From the NCBI RefSeq assembly GCF_001194135.2, contig NC_068989.1:67734835-67798834 (forward strand): DNA of 64,000 nt, in the 5' to 3' direction. This DNA is from Octopus bimaculoides (taxonomy: Eukaryota). Below, piece after piece: positions 1 to 11,450 of the stretch. A program made the translations under genes and the position numbers. Numbering within the stretch: the stretch's first letter is position 1; each line of letters begins with the position of its first letter. The notes below the pieces were generated by a model. That model saw only the letters and a list, made by a program, of their open reading frames with translations. It made no database searches and had not been told where the DNA came from.

Positions 1-280
1 ATATATGCTGCTATGCATATATATACACATGGATCATGAGTGCGAATATGAGTACACATTCGCACATTTATATATACACACAAACACAAATCTATATAAA
101 GAGTGGAATGCTTAACGCTAAGTTTTTCTAAAACTTCTAGACTTTTCTTTGTGTCTAATACGAAGTTCACAATCTCATCAGGGCAGGTTACGTTTTCTTT
201 GTCAAACTTATGTAGTGTAATCCCAGACAAATACGATTTATTATGACTTTTGTTTCATAACAAAGCAAACTTTTGAAACA

Positions 281-1329
281 CGAGGAGGTACCCTAAAGTA
301 GCCAGAAACGTTCTTTGTGGGATAAGCCTTTTGTAGTTCAGGCTTCCACCGCTAGAAGTCCATTGTTGCAACCCTCAGGCATCAGTCTACCGACTGGTAT
401 TGGCGGGTGTATTCGTACTGCTACGTAGTGCGTCTTTGTTTTGCAGTGCTTCTCCCCTGTTCGTCGATTTTTGCGATGGTTGAAACGAAGGAACAGCGTG
501 ATTCTACAAAATTCTGTTTTCTGCTGGGGAAAATGGCAGCCAAAACAGTTGTCATGTTTCAAACAGCTTACAAGGACGCTGCAGCAAAACACAAGGTTAA
601 GAGTGGTTTCCTCGCTTTAGTAATGGTCNNNNNNNNNNNNNNNNNNNNNNNNNNNNNNNNNNNNNNNNNNNNNNNNNNNNNNNNNNNNNNNNNNNNNNNN
701 NNNNNNNNNNNNNNNNNNNNNNNNNNNNNNNNNNNNNNNNNNNNNNNNNNNNNNNNNNNNNNNNNNNNNNNNNNNNNNNNNNNNNNNNNNNNNNNNNNNN
801 NNNNNNNNNNNNNNNNNNNNNNNNNNNNNNNNNNNNNNNNNNNNNNNNNNNNNNNNNNNNNNNNNNNNNNNNNNNNNNNNNNNNNNNNNNNNNNNNNNNN
901 NNNNNNNNTCCTGTCAACGAATTTTGAGTGAAGAATTGCGAATGAAAAAAGTTGCAGCAAAATTTGTGCCTCGTTTGCTCACGGAAGATTAAAAGCAGTC
1001 ACGACTGAATGGGTGACCCTGCTTATCCTCTTTCCCTATTCCCCCGATCTTGCTCACTGCGACTTGTTTTCGTCCTCCCGAATGAAAAAAGTTCTTAAAG
1101 GTAAACATTTTGCAGGTGAAAGAAAAAAAAAAAAAACCAAACACGACAAGGTGTTAAAAGGCGTCATTTTGCAAGAGTTCCAACACTGCTTCGAACAGAG
1201 GAAAACGCGTCTGGACCGATGCATTGCTTCAAATAGAGAATATTTTGAAGGCGATAAAAGTGTAAATATGTAAAACTAAGTGAATAAAATAATACTGCAA
1301 AATTCCGGTTTCTTTTTATGTACCCCTCG
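281..1329 (+). mobile_element. Internally deleted mariner (DD34D-type) transposon remnant
   Basis: N-terminal HTH region MVETKEQRDSTKFCFLLGK..., then FVPRLLTED (WVPHEL-like) fused almost directly to PYSPDLAHCDLF...DRCIASNREYFEGD. Imperfect TIRs CGAGGAGGTAC (281) and GTACCCCTCG (ends 1329), with TA at 1330-1331. The catalytic core between the two motifs is missing and an N-gap lies inside. Confidence 0.85.
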
Positions 1330-1399
1330 TACATAACGATAATGCGCTATTCATCTCCATAGATGAGGCCAGAAATGTTATAGTATCGGGGTGTTGGTA

Positions 1400-1960
1400 A
1401 ACAACCGGTTTTTATGCTCATTAAGATCAAACTTGCCTTTTACACCCCTACCACAGGGCAATAAAATTAAGTACCTGTAAAGTACTAATGTTGATGGTAT
1501 AGACTAATACTCTCACCTCAGAATTGCTGGCCTCGTGCATAAATTAGGAATCATTTCTGCTACCGAGGAAGGTGGTGAGCTGGTAGAATTGTTAGAGACT
1601 CGGAAAATATGCTTTGCGGTATTTTTCCTGGCTCTTTACGTTCTGACTTCAAATCCCACTGTGGTCAAATTTACCTTCCTTCATTTCGGAGTCGATGAAA
1701 TAAAGTACCAGTAAAGTAGTCGGGCCGATGATATCGACTTATTCCATCACCTCAAAATTGCTGGTTTTATACCCCACAAAATCAGAAACCATTATATAAC
1801 CCGCCTTTAATCGTTGAAGTATCGGAGAGACTGCTTTGCAGCCTTTTACTAAGGTTCTTTACTCTCTGAGTTTGAATTCAACTAAGGTCAACTTAGCTCT
1901 TCATCCTTATGGGGACTGGATAAAATACCAGTCAAGTATTGGGGTCGATGTAATTGACTA
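1400..1960 (+). mobile_element. Cluster of decayed family-A tRNA-derived SINE fragments
   Basis: Degenerate versions of ttcaaat..gaggtcgactttgcctttcatcctttcggggtcgataaa..agtaccag, seen intact at 11451-11648. Confidence 0.6.
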
Positions 1961-3439
1961 ACTTTTCTCTTTCATTTTCGCGTCTTATATCCATGTCTAG
2001 AAATAATTTCATGGGAATCCATTTTAGGTTGGAAAGTTTGATACGGTATTTGTATATAGCATTTATTTTCGGTTTCATTGCTTGCTGGCATGTGGGGTCT
2101 TTCATCTTAAGTAGTATAATAGCTGTTGTTGTTGTTTAATCACAGGCTAGCGAAATAGAGCAGACCATCATCAAAGACGTTTTAGTCTTGACCATATTAC
2201 TTTTTTTTGTATGTATGTCAGAGAATATATTATGCAATGCAATCATCTATATTTAGGACAGCGATGTGATACAATGGAGAATAGCCATCTGTTTCTATAA
2301 GGTCGAGTGACCATGTAATGGCTTCACCAGTTGATATGAAAAAGCGATTTTAGAGTGATATGGTTCTTTGAGTGGAGATTTGTGATCGTACGCTGCTCTT
2401 TCGCACTTTCCTGTATGTGCACCACGAAACATCAACTTGTCTCATTTAAGTTTCATTAATGTATTATACCATACGTATCATCATTTACAGCTGCCACATA
2501 GGTTACCTGAAAAATGAGTCTTTCCTTACTTATAGGTGCTATGTTTGGCTAATAGCAGAGAGAACCTAAGTTTTATAAAAGTACACTTACTCACCTTGTT
2601 GCTAAAATTTTCTTTCGAAAATTTTGCATTTAGACAACAATCATTAGCTCTTGAATTCATGGAAATAGTATTTGTTAGGAAAATAAATTTGATTTAATTC
2701 ATCCCAGTATATTACAGGCGCTGGTGTTTCACCCAGGACTGCGAACCATTAATTCTATTCTGCCTGGATTTGAACTTAGAGGTATGTTGAATTAAGTATA
2801 TTAAAAATCTAATTCTGTATTATAGTCTCTGTTAATTGAACATTTTGTAATTGTATTATACAATAAAAAAATCTCTATTTTCGAGCGACATTTGAACTAC
2901 ACTTGCGGTTTTATTTATTCATTTGCTGTAATTTCAAAATATACTAAAATAAAGTGTTTTTTGTTTCCTTGTTGCGAAGACCTGCCTCAGAGCAATATTT
3001 GCTTTCACCATTTATTTTCTTTTGTTACTCTGCAATCTGAAGTAAACGATTTCTACCACCAATGCATCTCTTTTTTTCTTCACTGTGCTCTCACCATTCA
3101 AGGCTGTCCAATTTTAAACATGAAAACAACTCATGTATTAAGACAAATATTTTCTCACGGTATACTAAATAATATCTTTTTTGTCTTGTTGGTTCAATGG
3201 AAGTAAAAATAAATTTACTGTAGGTGGGCTGAAAGAATCTTCAGCGCGTCGGACAAAATGCCTTGCGGTTCTTTACTATCAAAGTTCCGGCTCTTTACCA
3301 AATGAGCTCAAATCGTACTGAGGTAAACTTTGGCTTCCATCCTTTGGGTGTGTGGTCTAAGTACAGCCTGCCAAGTGACACCGTCTGAAAAATAAAAATC
3401 AAAAACCCGCTGTTTAACCCAGTGTTAAAAACGTACTTA

Positions 3440-4135
3440 TTAGGTGAGTATCGATAATCTAATTATAAATACTTAAGTGGACAAAATTTCCCCGAGGCCA
3501 AAGAAATAAGAACTCACAGTATGGTAGAGGCCATAGCTACTCATAACATGAAAGAATACTCGTGGTATGTCCCAATGAAAACCTCATTAAAACGCAAACA
3601 TAATTGACCAGACAGTGACTGGGACAGAGAAGAGAAACTATGTATAATAGAGGAAATCAGTGGCCCAGCAGATGTCAACATAAAGCTAAAGATCAGCGAA
3701 AAAGAAATACTTACTTTGAACTATCGAGAAATTTACGGCTGCTCTACCAAGATTGTAAGTTTGGATTTATACCTGTAATTATTGAGGCACTAGGATATGT
3801 AACAAACTATCTAAGCACCAGTCTTGAGAAATTAGGCGTCTCAAGACCAGAAAGGAGAAAGTTAATTAGTTTACAGAAACAAACCGTCAATGGAACTGTC
3901 AAAATATCTAAAACTTAACAAAAATTTAGCGTTTAAGTACATATGCGCATGTTTAGACATGCAATTATATGCATGAGAATATATACATAACATAAAACAT
4001 ACAAATCTTCATATGCACTGACACAAACATGCAAAAATATCTTGTTGATGTTTAAAAGTCCGATGAAGGAGCCTTTAATCAAGGCTAGAAACCGAGTATT
4101 TACTGGCAAGAAATCTAGAAGTAAAACTGAATAAA
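3440..4135 (+). mobile_element. 3' end of an RLE-type (R2/R4-like) non-LTR retrotransposon, degenerate
   Basis: Frameshifted reading gives ...YVPMKTSLKRKHN.PD...EISGPADVNIKLKISEK..., then LLYQDCKFGFIPVIIEALGYVTNYLSTSLEKLG, a PD..D/E..K restriction-like endonuclease terminus. A 3' UTR ends in AATAAA followed by (TACA)n. Confidence 0.8.
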
Positions 4136-4230
4136 ATACATACATACATACATACATACATACATACATACATACATANNNNNNNNNNATACATACATAC
4201 ATACATACATACATACATACATACATACAT
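4136..4230. repeat. (TACA)n microsatellite
   Basis: Direct reading; contains a small N-gap. Confidence 0.95.
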
Positions 4231-5039
4231 AAAAGCAATTAATGGTACTTTGAAAATATGCATAAGTTTGACTTGAAATAAGTATATGTACACATGCATA
4301 GACATGCAAATAAGTTTATGTACATATACGAAATTCAAAATATTGATCAACAGAAGCATTGACGTATACTATATGCACCCATACATATGCAGACACGTAC
4401 ATATAAACATGCACGACTATCTAACTGATGCTTCTCTAAACTCCAGTGAGAATATTTTTATACGATGAGGTTCCTCTTTCCAAAGTACTGGCTTTAAGAC
4501 ATTGCATGCCATCATTTGCTTCTGCATTAATTTGGTTCCAACGTTCCTCGCTCAATACGGGCTCACTCCTCCTCAATTGTAATCTCTGGCCCTTTTTTGT
4601 GATTCGTCATAGCGAAAGGTTGCTCTGCTACCTAAGCCAGTCCTTTCACGTGACATTTCGCTCACCAGCACTCTGTTGCCTTAACTGCGAATCTGCCGTC
4701 GCAACGGCTTCTGCTGCTTTCCACATCCGACCCGCTCTAACCTTAGTGCAAAGCTGAAAGACTTTTAAATTGTTGGACTCTCATTATTGCAACACCTAAG
4801 CCGCTGAAACCGCCCATTGTTCTATGACACCAGCCTCGTGCTTTAACGTGATTTAAATTAAAATCTTCCATCAAAATTTCACGTTAAATCATGTTACAAA
4901 CACCAGATTAAGTTGTTTTACTAAATTCTTCATTAGTTAAAAAATTAGTTGAAATAGAGATGGTGTATTTCAAAAAAAAAAAAAAAAAAAAAAAATGGGG
5001 CAGCGTGTGTTTCATATCTCCCACATGTCTCATTCCTAA

Positions 5040-6582
5040 GTTTCATGAGTGGATTACTCATTGCTTCTCCGCAATATTTTAGTCAAAGATTCGCACGGGA
5101 GCTATTTTGTCACACTCATATTAGGAGTTAGATAAACTGTATTTGGATACTACAGCGAAACAAAGTTTACATTATTAGTGTTAATAAAACCTTCGACCAC
5201 ATCTGGCATTTAGGTGTAAATTTCTCACCCTTACAAACCGAACAGCTCTTACTTAGCATTACAACGTTGTCTGAACCATGTAGAATGCCCCAGCACATTG
5301 CACAGCCCTCAAGTTCTCTCAGTACGCAATTTGAAACCGATTATTTTTGGTATTCTTTTGGCAAAAAGAATCTCTATCAACTCTATAGAATTCCTCTTTT
5401 TCTCAATTTCTCAGCTACGATGGTTCTACAAGCAATATTCCTGCAGAGAAAGCCTCCATATTTGCTAGTTACTTTCAACGATGTTGATGCACTAGAAATA
5501 ATCTATCCAAAGCTATTCATTTCCATCCCAGCATCATGATCACTACCAAATACACTTATATATGCCCCAAAGTAACACGACTACTGTCCCTGACAATGTT
5601 GCTTTAATCACCATCAAATAATATGCCCCAGTGCTATTCGCCTTTCTTACAAATTTCAGCTTTTTTTCTCTTTCTACCAGGATATATTCCGATAACATTC
5701 TCTACATTTTATTAACTTAAAAGTTCATAAAAGATTCCAGTATTTCAAACTAGAAGACAATACTATTATCATTATACACATATCCGACTTAATACCTCAT
5801 GCTACATTCGCGCTGACATCATGAATGGAGACTTCAAAATCGTTCTTCAACGGAGTTATGTGAATCTCGATTCTTTATCAGCAAACACTTATAATCGCTG
5901 CGCATATCAAGAAAATTTTATTGTAACTCATATCCAACTACACAAGAACTGTTTGCAACTAAAACCCTTACACTAATCTCAAACATTAGGATTCTCTTGG
6001 TCAATACATATTACAAAGACGGGTTTTATTCTGGGAACTCAGAATTATTTCCAACAACTACTAAACCTGTATAAATCTCAGGCAAGTCTCATACGATGGT
6101 GCTGTTGCTAAGCACACTTATGTATTAGGCCATATACAAAGAAAGGCTACTCAACTGATTAGCATGAAATTGCTTATCAAAATACCTCGCGCCCTGACTT
6201 ATAGACATGCTGTGTCCCCTCTCTGCCTTTTCTGCAGACATTGCAATGACCTCTGCGCTTCGCAGCTGGTTGGTTTCGCTCATGTACTTGCCTCTACTCT
6301 TCACAACATCCATATTATGTTTACTCTGCTCCAGAACTCAGACTAATCATTACATCAAGTCATTCGTGCCTAGAATGCTGATCCTCTTAAGTTCCAGGTC
6401 TGCGTATGTATTTCTTGCAGACGTCAACTGTAGGCGTCAAGAGGAACATTTATAACGTTGACCTCACTGGTCAGGGAGGACCTGCGAAAGCCAATAGCAC
6501 AACCACTCTGTCTAGGCCAAACAACTAAAAAACGAAACAAAAGGGAAATATAAATATTGACGTGGGCTAAAAAAAAAAAAAA
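5040..6582 (+). mobile_element. Heavily decayed CR1/Jockey-like LINE remnant with A-rich tail
   Basis: Decayed RT motifs: SVNKTFDHIWH (~5175, cf. ISKAFDRVWH), AEKASIFASYF (~5445) and VPDNVALITIK*YAPVL...PGYIP (~5585, cf. GPDGIP..LK.CAP.L...G.FP). C-terminus HIQRKATQLI...YRHAVSPLCLF...NHYIKSFVPR; poly-A at 6569-6582. Confidence 0.65.
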
Positions 6583-6749
6583 TATGAAATTTAATTATTT
6601 TCCACCGCGGACAGAATATAGTGATCATAATGTAATACAAAGCACATATGTGCTTCGTATCGATCGATATACTCGGTAATCAGAGTCGTTGTGATTAAGA
6701 ACATGGCCAATTGTTGTAATACGTAACTTGCTGTTGTAGTACAGTATTT

Positions 6750-6993
6750 GAGAGATGAGAGATGAAATAACAAGCATGTGAACCTGTAATAGTAGTAGTA
6801 CTTAGCTTGCTATTTGAAGTAGCAGATATAGGATGATACAGCAAGTTAGTGAGACAGTTCTTGGAATATCTTGCTTGCTATTTCAGTTTCTGTAGCAGTA
6901 AATGAGATATGACACAGTATGTGAAGCCAGTAGTAGTAGTAGTGAGATTATACAGCATGTATGTGAGATCGTGGCTCTAGTATCTAGCCTGAT

Positions 6994-7074
<81 letters not shown>

Positions 7075-7130
7075 GTAGTAGTAGTAGATGAGAGATGACA
7101 CAGCATATATGTGAGTCAGTAGTTGCAACG
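6750..7130. repeat. Degenerate tandem repeat (gatgagagatgacacagcatgtga..gtagtag) interrupted by (ATT)n
   Basis: Related units near 6755, 6900 and 7087; (ATT)n at about 6995-7073. Confidence 0.55.
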
Positions 7131-7151
7131 TCTGTTTTTCAGGTATCTTAA

Positions 7152-7301
7152 CCCATTTAAACCCGGGTTAGCCCTGTCGAAATTTTGAGGATAGTTATAT
7201 AAATAGGGATAACAAACACACAGAAGAATCCAGTTAACCTTTATTGCAGTAAACAAACCAAATAGAACTCTCCTCAAACAAAGACAGTGGGTTAAAATGG
7301 G
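7152..7301. mobile_element. 150-bp piggyBac-like MITE with TTAA target duplication
   Basis: TTAA(7148-7151)-CCCATTTAAACCC ... GGGTTAAAATGGG-TTAA(7302-7305); 13-bp TIRs with 12/13 match. Confidence 0.6.
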
Positions 7302-7370
7302 TTAAGTATATGTGGGTGATGGGATGACGTTTGTAAGTGGAAAAGAAAAAAATGGAACATAGAATAATGT

Positions 7371-7773
7371 ACTCTTTTACTCGTTTCAGTCATTTGACTG
7401 CGGCCATGCTGGAGCACCGCCTTTAGTCGAGCAAATCGACTCCGGGACTTATACTTTGTAAGCCTAGTACTTATTCTATCGGTCTCTTTTGCCGAAGCGC
7501 TAAGTGACGGGGACATAAACATACCAGCATCGGTTGTCAAGCAATGCTAGGGGGACAAACACAGACACACAAACATATACACACATACATATATATATGC
7601 ATATATATACGACGGGATGCTTTCAGTTTCCGGCTACCAAATCCACTCACAAGGCTTTGGTCGGCCCGAGGCTATAGTAGAAAACACTTGCTCAAGGTGC
7701 TACGCAGTGGGACTGAACCAAGAACCATGTGGTTGGTAAGCAGGCTACTTACCACACAGCCACTCCTGCGCCT
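7371..7773 (-). mobile_element. Family-B tRNA-derived SINE, full length
   Basis: Minus strand has a tRNA-like head (ggctgtgtggtaag...ggttc..agtcccactgcg), the body ccttgagcaagtg..tagcctcgggccgaccaaagccttgtgagtggatttgg, an internal microsatellite and a (aagagt)-type tail. Same family as 13674-14130. Confidence 0.85.
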
Positions 7774-8280
7774 AATGTGATAGTAATTTCTGTGTGGAAT
7801 TGTGTGTGGCTGGAATGATGCTGTCAATGTCGAGAAGAAGCATATAGGAAACATGGCTGAGCCTTGGGGTATGAGAATGGATGCAAGTGCTTCAGATTAT
7901 CACTATCCTATAGTTGTTTGCTGAATGAGGAGGAAACTAATAGAGCTTATCCTCTGAGTTCTTAGCAAAGTGTTCCTCATGATAAACCCAGTTGATGACG
8001 TTAAGCACGAAAGACTTCTTGGTGTGTGACGTAGAAGAGCAATAATAAGTATATCTAGCCTCATGGTCAAGGAGAAGGAGAAAAAGACTGTAAATTATAC
8101 AGAATGGGACTATATTTAAACTAACATAACTCTGCAGACGGGCGAAAGTAAATATCGTGTTCTACCTCTTCTNNNNNNNNNNNNNNNNNNNNNNNNNNNN
8201 NNNNNNNNNNNNNNNNNNNNNNNNNNNNNNNNNNNNNNNNNNNNNNNNNNNNNNNNNNNNNNNNNNNNNNNNNNNNNNNN

Positions 8281-8565
8281 AACACCTAAAGCTCCACGAG
8301 GCTCCGGCAGGGGATGGTGGCGAGCCCTGCTGTATTCTTTCACCACAACTTTCTCTCACTCTTACTTCCTGTTTCTGTTGTGCCTGTAATTCAAAGGGCC
8401 AGCCTTGTCACACTGTGTCACGCTGAATATCCCCGAGAACCTCGTTAAGGGTACACGTGTCTGTGGAGTGCTCAGCCACTTGCAAGTTAATTTCACGAGC
8501 AGGCTGTTCCGTTGATCGGATCAACTGGAACCCTCGACGTCGTAAGCGACGAAGTGCCAACACAC
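8281..8565 (+). mobile_element. SINE sharing its 5' body with family C but carrying a different 3' module
   Basis: aacacctaaagctccacgaggctccggcag...ccacaactttctctcactctt matches ~21100-21182, then diverges to ...gttgatcggatcaactggaaccctcgacgtcgtaagcgacg. The head falls in the N-gap. Confidence 0.6.
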
Positions 8566-8599
8566 ACTTCTCAAGGAATATTGGTTGCAAATTTTGACA

Positions 8600-8712
8600 C
8601 ACGGCCAGTTATTTCGGGGGTAGGGGTTAAGTCAATTACATCGACCAAAGTGATCAACTGGTGCTTATTTTATCGATACCGAAAGGATGAAAGGCACAGT
8701 CAACTTCTCAGG
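8600..8712 (-). mobile_element. Family-A SINE fragment
   Basis: actggtgcttattttatcgataccgaaaggatgaaaggc is the reverse complement of the family-A core. Confidence 0.6.
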
Positions 8713-8734
8713 AATAACAACAATAATTTTGCAA

Positions 8735-9110
8735 AGACAAATTCGCACGGGAACTATTTTGTCACACTCCATATAAGGAGTCAAACAAACTGTATTTGGA
8801 TACTACAGCGAAACAAATTTTTACATTATTAGCATTAATAAAACCTTCGACCACATCTTGCATGAACATTTCTGGTAAAGTTATTTGCTTACGAATTCCA
8901 AGCAAAGCGAAATTATTTGACACAATAGGAGATCGTAAGAAACTCAAGTGTCTGCTTCTATCAGCTGGGAGCTCAGCCACCAGTCTGTCTGTCTTTATAC
9001 CGATAACTTTCGTTCTAACACTTTTTAATGACACAGGTGCTTTTACTCTGATACAACTCGACAAAATTCTAAATGTTCTGCATATTAGCATTCACCTGCA
9101 AATTCAAAAT
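8735..9110 (+). mobile_element. Decayed LINE RT fragment, same family as 5085-5210
   Basis: Near-identical to 5085-5210 (attcgcacggga.ctattttgtcacact...ggatactacagcgaaacaaa...aataaaaccttcgaccacatc); SINKTFDHIL followed by LVKLFAYEF. Confidence 0.5.
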
Positions 9111-9192
9111 TGTGTCTAAGGTACAATTTCTTTTCTCACAAGTCACCATAAAAATAATAACACTGAAACCAAGACTTATTTTCGTAAATTAA

Positions 9193-9232
<40 letters not shown>

Positions 9233-9266
9233 GTCGCATTTTAAACATTAAATGGTTTTTTTTTTT

Positions 9267-10010
9267 ACTCCAGACACAGATGTATTTTACGTCTACAGAC
9301 ATCATTTCAATTAAATCAATGATTCTGAAAAATCAAATGAGATGTTCTGGTTATATTGTTCGAATGGCGGATGAACGCACACCCAGACAACTGTTTTATG
9401 GTGAGCTTGCAGAGAAGAAACGCAATCGGTGTAAACCTAAAAAAGAGGTTGAAGGACGGCATAAAGACTACCATGAAGTCACTTCGAATGGATCCATAGG
9501 CCATAGAAACCCTTGCTTTGGATCGACCTGGATGATGAACAAAAGTGTGGAGTGGAGTGAAAGCTTTTGAGGATGCCAGGATGACACATGCAAGACTCAA
9601 AAGAAATTTAAAGAAGAATGTTGTGATGAAGAAGGTGAATCTCAGTGACCTTTTTGTGTGCACAATTTGTGACAGACCATGCCTTTCTTTTGCTGGGCTC
9701 AAATCTCGTTTGCGGCCCCATGTAAAACGAATTCCCACCAACTAATCTGCCGATATATCTGTGTACACCTTTCAATGCCGTGTATGCAATAAGGTCTGCA
9801 AATCTAACAGAGGCCTCAAAAGACATTTTAAGATCCACAAAGATCAGAAATTAACCGAAGCTCTTAGTGTTCCACATCAGATATGCAATCTATGTGGGTG
9901 TCTTTTCAATACATTGTCTCGTTTAAAAAGCCGCATCAGACGCCATGATAGGTCTAAGGTGTAAGTACATGAGATGGTCAGAGTCTGTATAAGGAGTAGA
10001 AAACCACTAC
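9267..10010 (+). mobile_element. 5'-truncated RTE/BovB-like LINE 3' end with three C2H2 zinc-finger motifs
   Basis: SIKSMILKNQMRCSGYIVRMADERTPRQLFYGELAE is a typical RTE thumb/C-terminus. After a frameshift: LALDRPG**TKVWSGVKAFE, then fingers at 9659-9721, 9776-9838 and 9884-9946. Stop at 9962-9964; (CA)n tail. Confidence 0.85.
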
Positions 10011-10030
10011 ACACACACACACACACACAC

Positions 10031-10082
<52 letters not shown>

Positions 10083-10151
10083 CACATACATTATGCATAT
10101 ATACATGTGTGTGTGTAGGTATACATACATATATATACATGCATATATCTA

Positions 10152-10208
<57 letters not shown>

Positions 10209-10658
10209 GTCTATCTGTCTATCTATNNNNNNNNNNNNNNNNNNNNNNNNNNNNNNNNNNNNNNNNNNNNNNNNNNNNNNNNNNNNNNNNNNNNNNNNNN
10301 NNNNNNNNNNNNNNNNNNNNNNNNNNNNNNNNNNNNNNNNNNNNNNNNNNNNNNNNNNNNNNNNNNNNNNNNNNNNNNNNNNNNNNNNNNNNNNNNNNNN
10401 NNNNNNNNNNNNNNNNNNNNNNNNNNNNNNNNNNNNNNNNNNNNNNNNNNNNNNNNNNNNNNNNNNNNNNNNNNNNNNNNNNNNNNNNNNNNNNNNNNNN
10501 NNNNNNNNNNNNNNNNNNNNNNNNNNNNNNNNNNNNNNNNNNNNNNNNNNTATATATTTATATATATACATATATACATATATATGTGTGTATATATATA
10601 TATATGTATATTTATATGTAAGTATGTATATGTTGATTTTTACAAGGAAAATATAGAG

Positions 10659-10700
10659 AGTGACTTCAAAATTTCGGCTTACGATAGCGGTCATCAGACT
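10659..10700 (-). ncRNA. Degenerate minimal hammerhead-ribozyme motif
   Basis: Minus strand AGT-CTGATGA-cc-GCT-atcgta-AGC-c-GAAA-ttttgaa-GTC-ACT: intact core, short stem II, GUC triplet, 3-bp stem I. The stem II closing pair is mismatched. Confidence 0.45.
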
Positions 10701-10960
10701 GTAGTTGAATTTCAAGCCTTATACATAGTGTTTAAGGTGGAGTATTCGTTTCGTGGGAGGAGAAATGTCAATAAAAAAATTAGGTGTGGTACAAATGAAT
10801 TTGAAAGAAAAAGATTGTTGTGTAAGAAGAGGAGTTGAAGAAGAACAAGCGGGAAATAAATGTTTATAAGATAGGGATAGAGAAGAAAGAATAGCGGAAA
10901 CATTCAACACGTTGTAAAATCATTCTCCAAACTTTGGATTATTAACTGAAGCCTCCATGA
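10659..10960 (-). mobile_element. Probable Penelope-like deletion derivative ending in a hammerhead-like motif
   Basis: Weak linker similarity (QSLENDFTT..MFP..LSYK..FICTTPN) plus a terminal CTGATGA...GAAA...GTC motif. Confidence 0.45.
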
Positions 10961-11450
10961 TGTTTCAATTTTTAATAACTTTTATAAAACTGCTTATTAA
11001 TATGAGATAGGCAACCCATATGCCACGTTGGTTCTACACAACATAATGCTATAGAATTACGCTTGTTAGACTAGCTCCCAGTCATGTACATAATCATAAG
11101 CACGCTGACAATCCATGCCTTCCATTTGTCTTGTAAACCCATATAAACACCTATCATGATAATTAATTTGCCTTTCTACGTGCTTTCTATGCAACCTTAA
11201 ACTTTTCTCAAGGTTTTCACTCATTTTCCTCTTGTCTCTTCCATTACCACTCGTGTTTAGGACCCCGTACTTCACACCATGTTTCACACATTTCTCTAAA
11301 CTGCATTCATTAAAAATTCCCATTCCGGTTGTTTCGCTTTGTCATCCATTTGCCTGTAAAATTTCGAAATGAGCATGAATCTCGTGCATACTTCATTCAG
11401 TTAATGCAATTTTCTTGCTTTGAAGAAGCCAGAAAATCTATAGTCATAAG

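Noticed and set aside
4136-4230. (TACA)n target specificity for the first RLE family
   Set aside because: There is no TACA at the 5' junction, and the second copy (37775-38010) lacks a TACA tail.
9255-9280. Splice acceptor (poly-T + CAG) suggesting exonisation of the RTE
   Set aside because: The CAG is part of the RTE codons P-D-T and the frame downstream has frameshifts and stops; no donor support.
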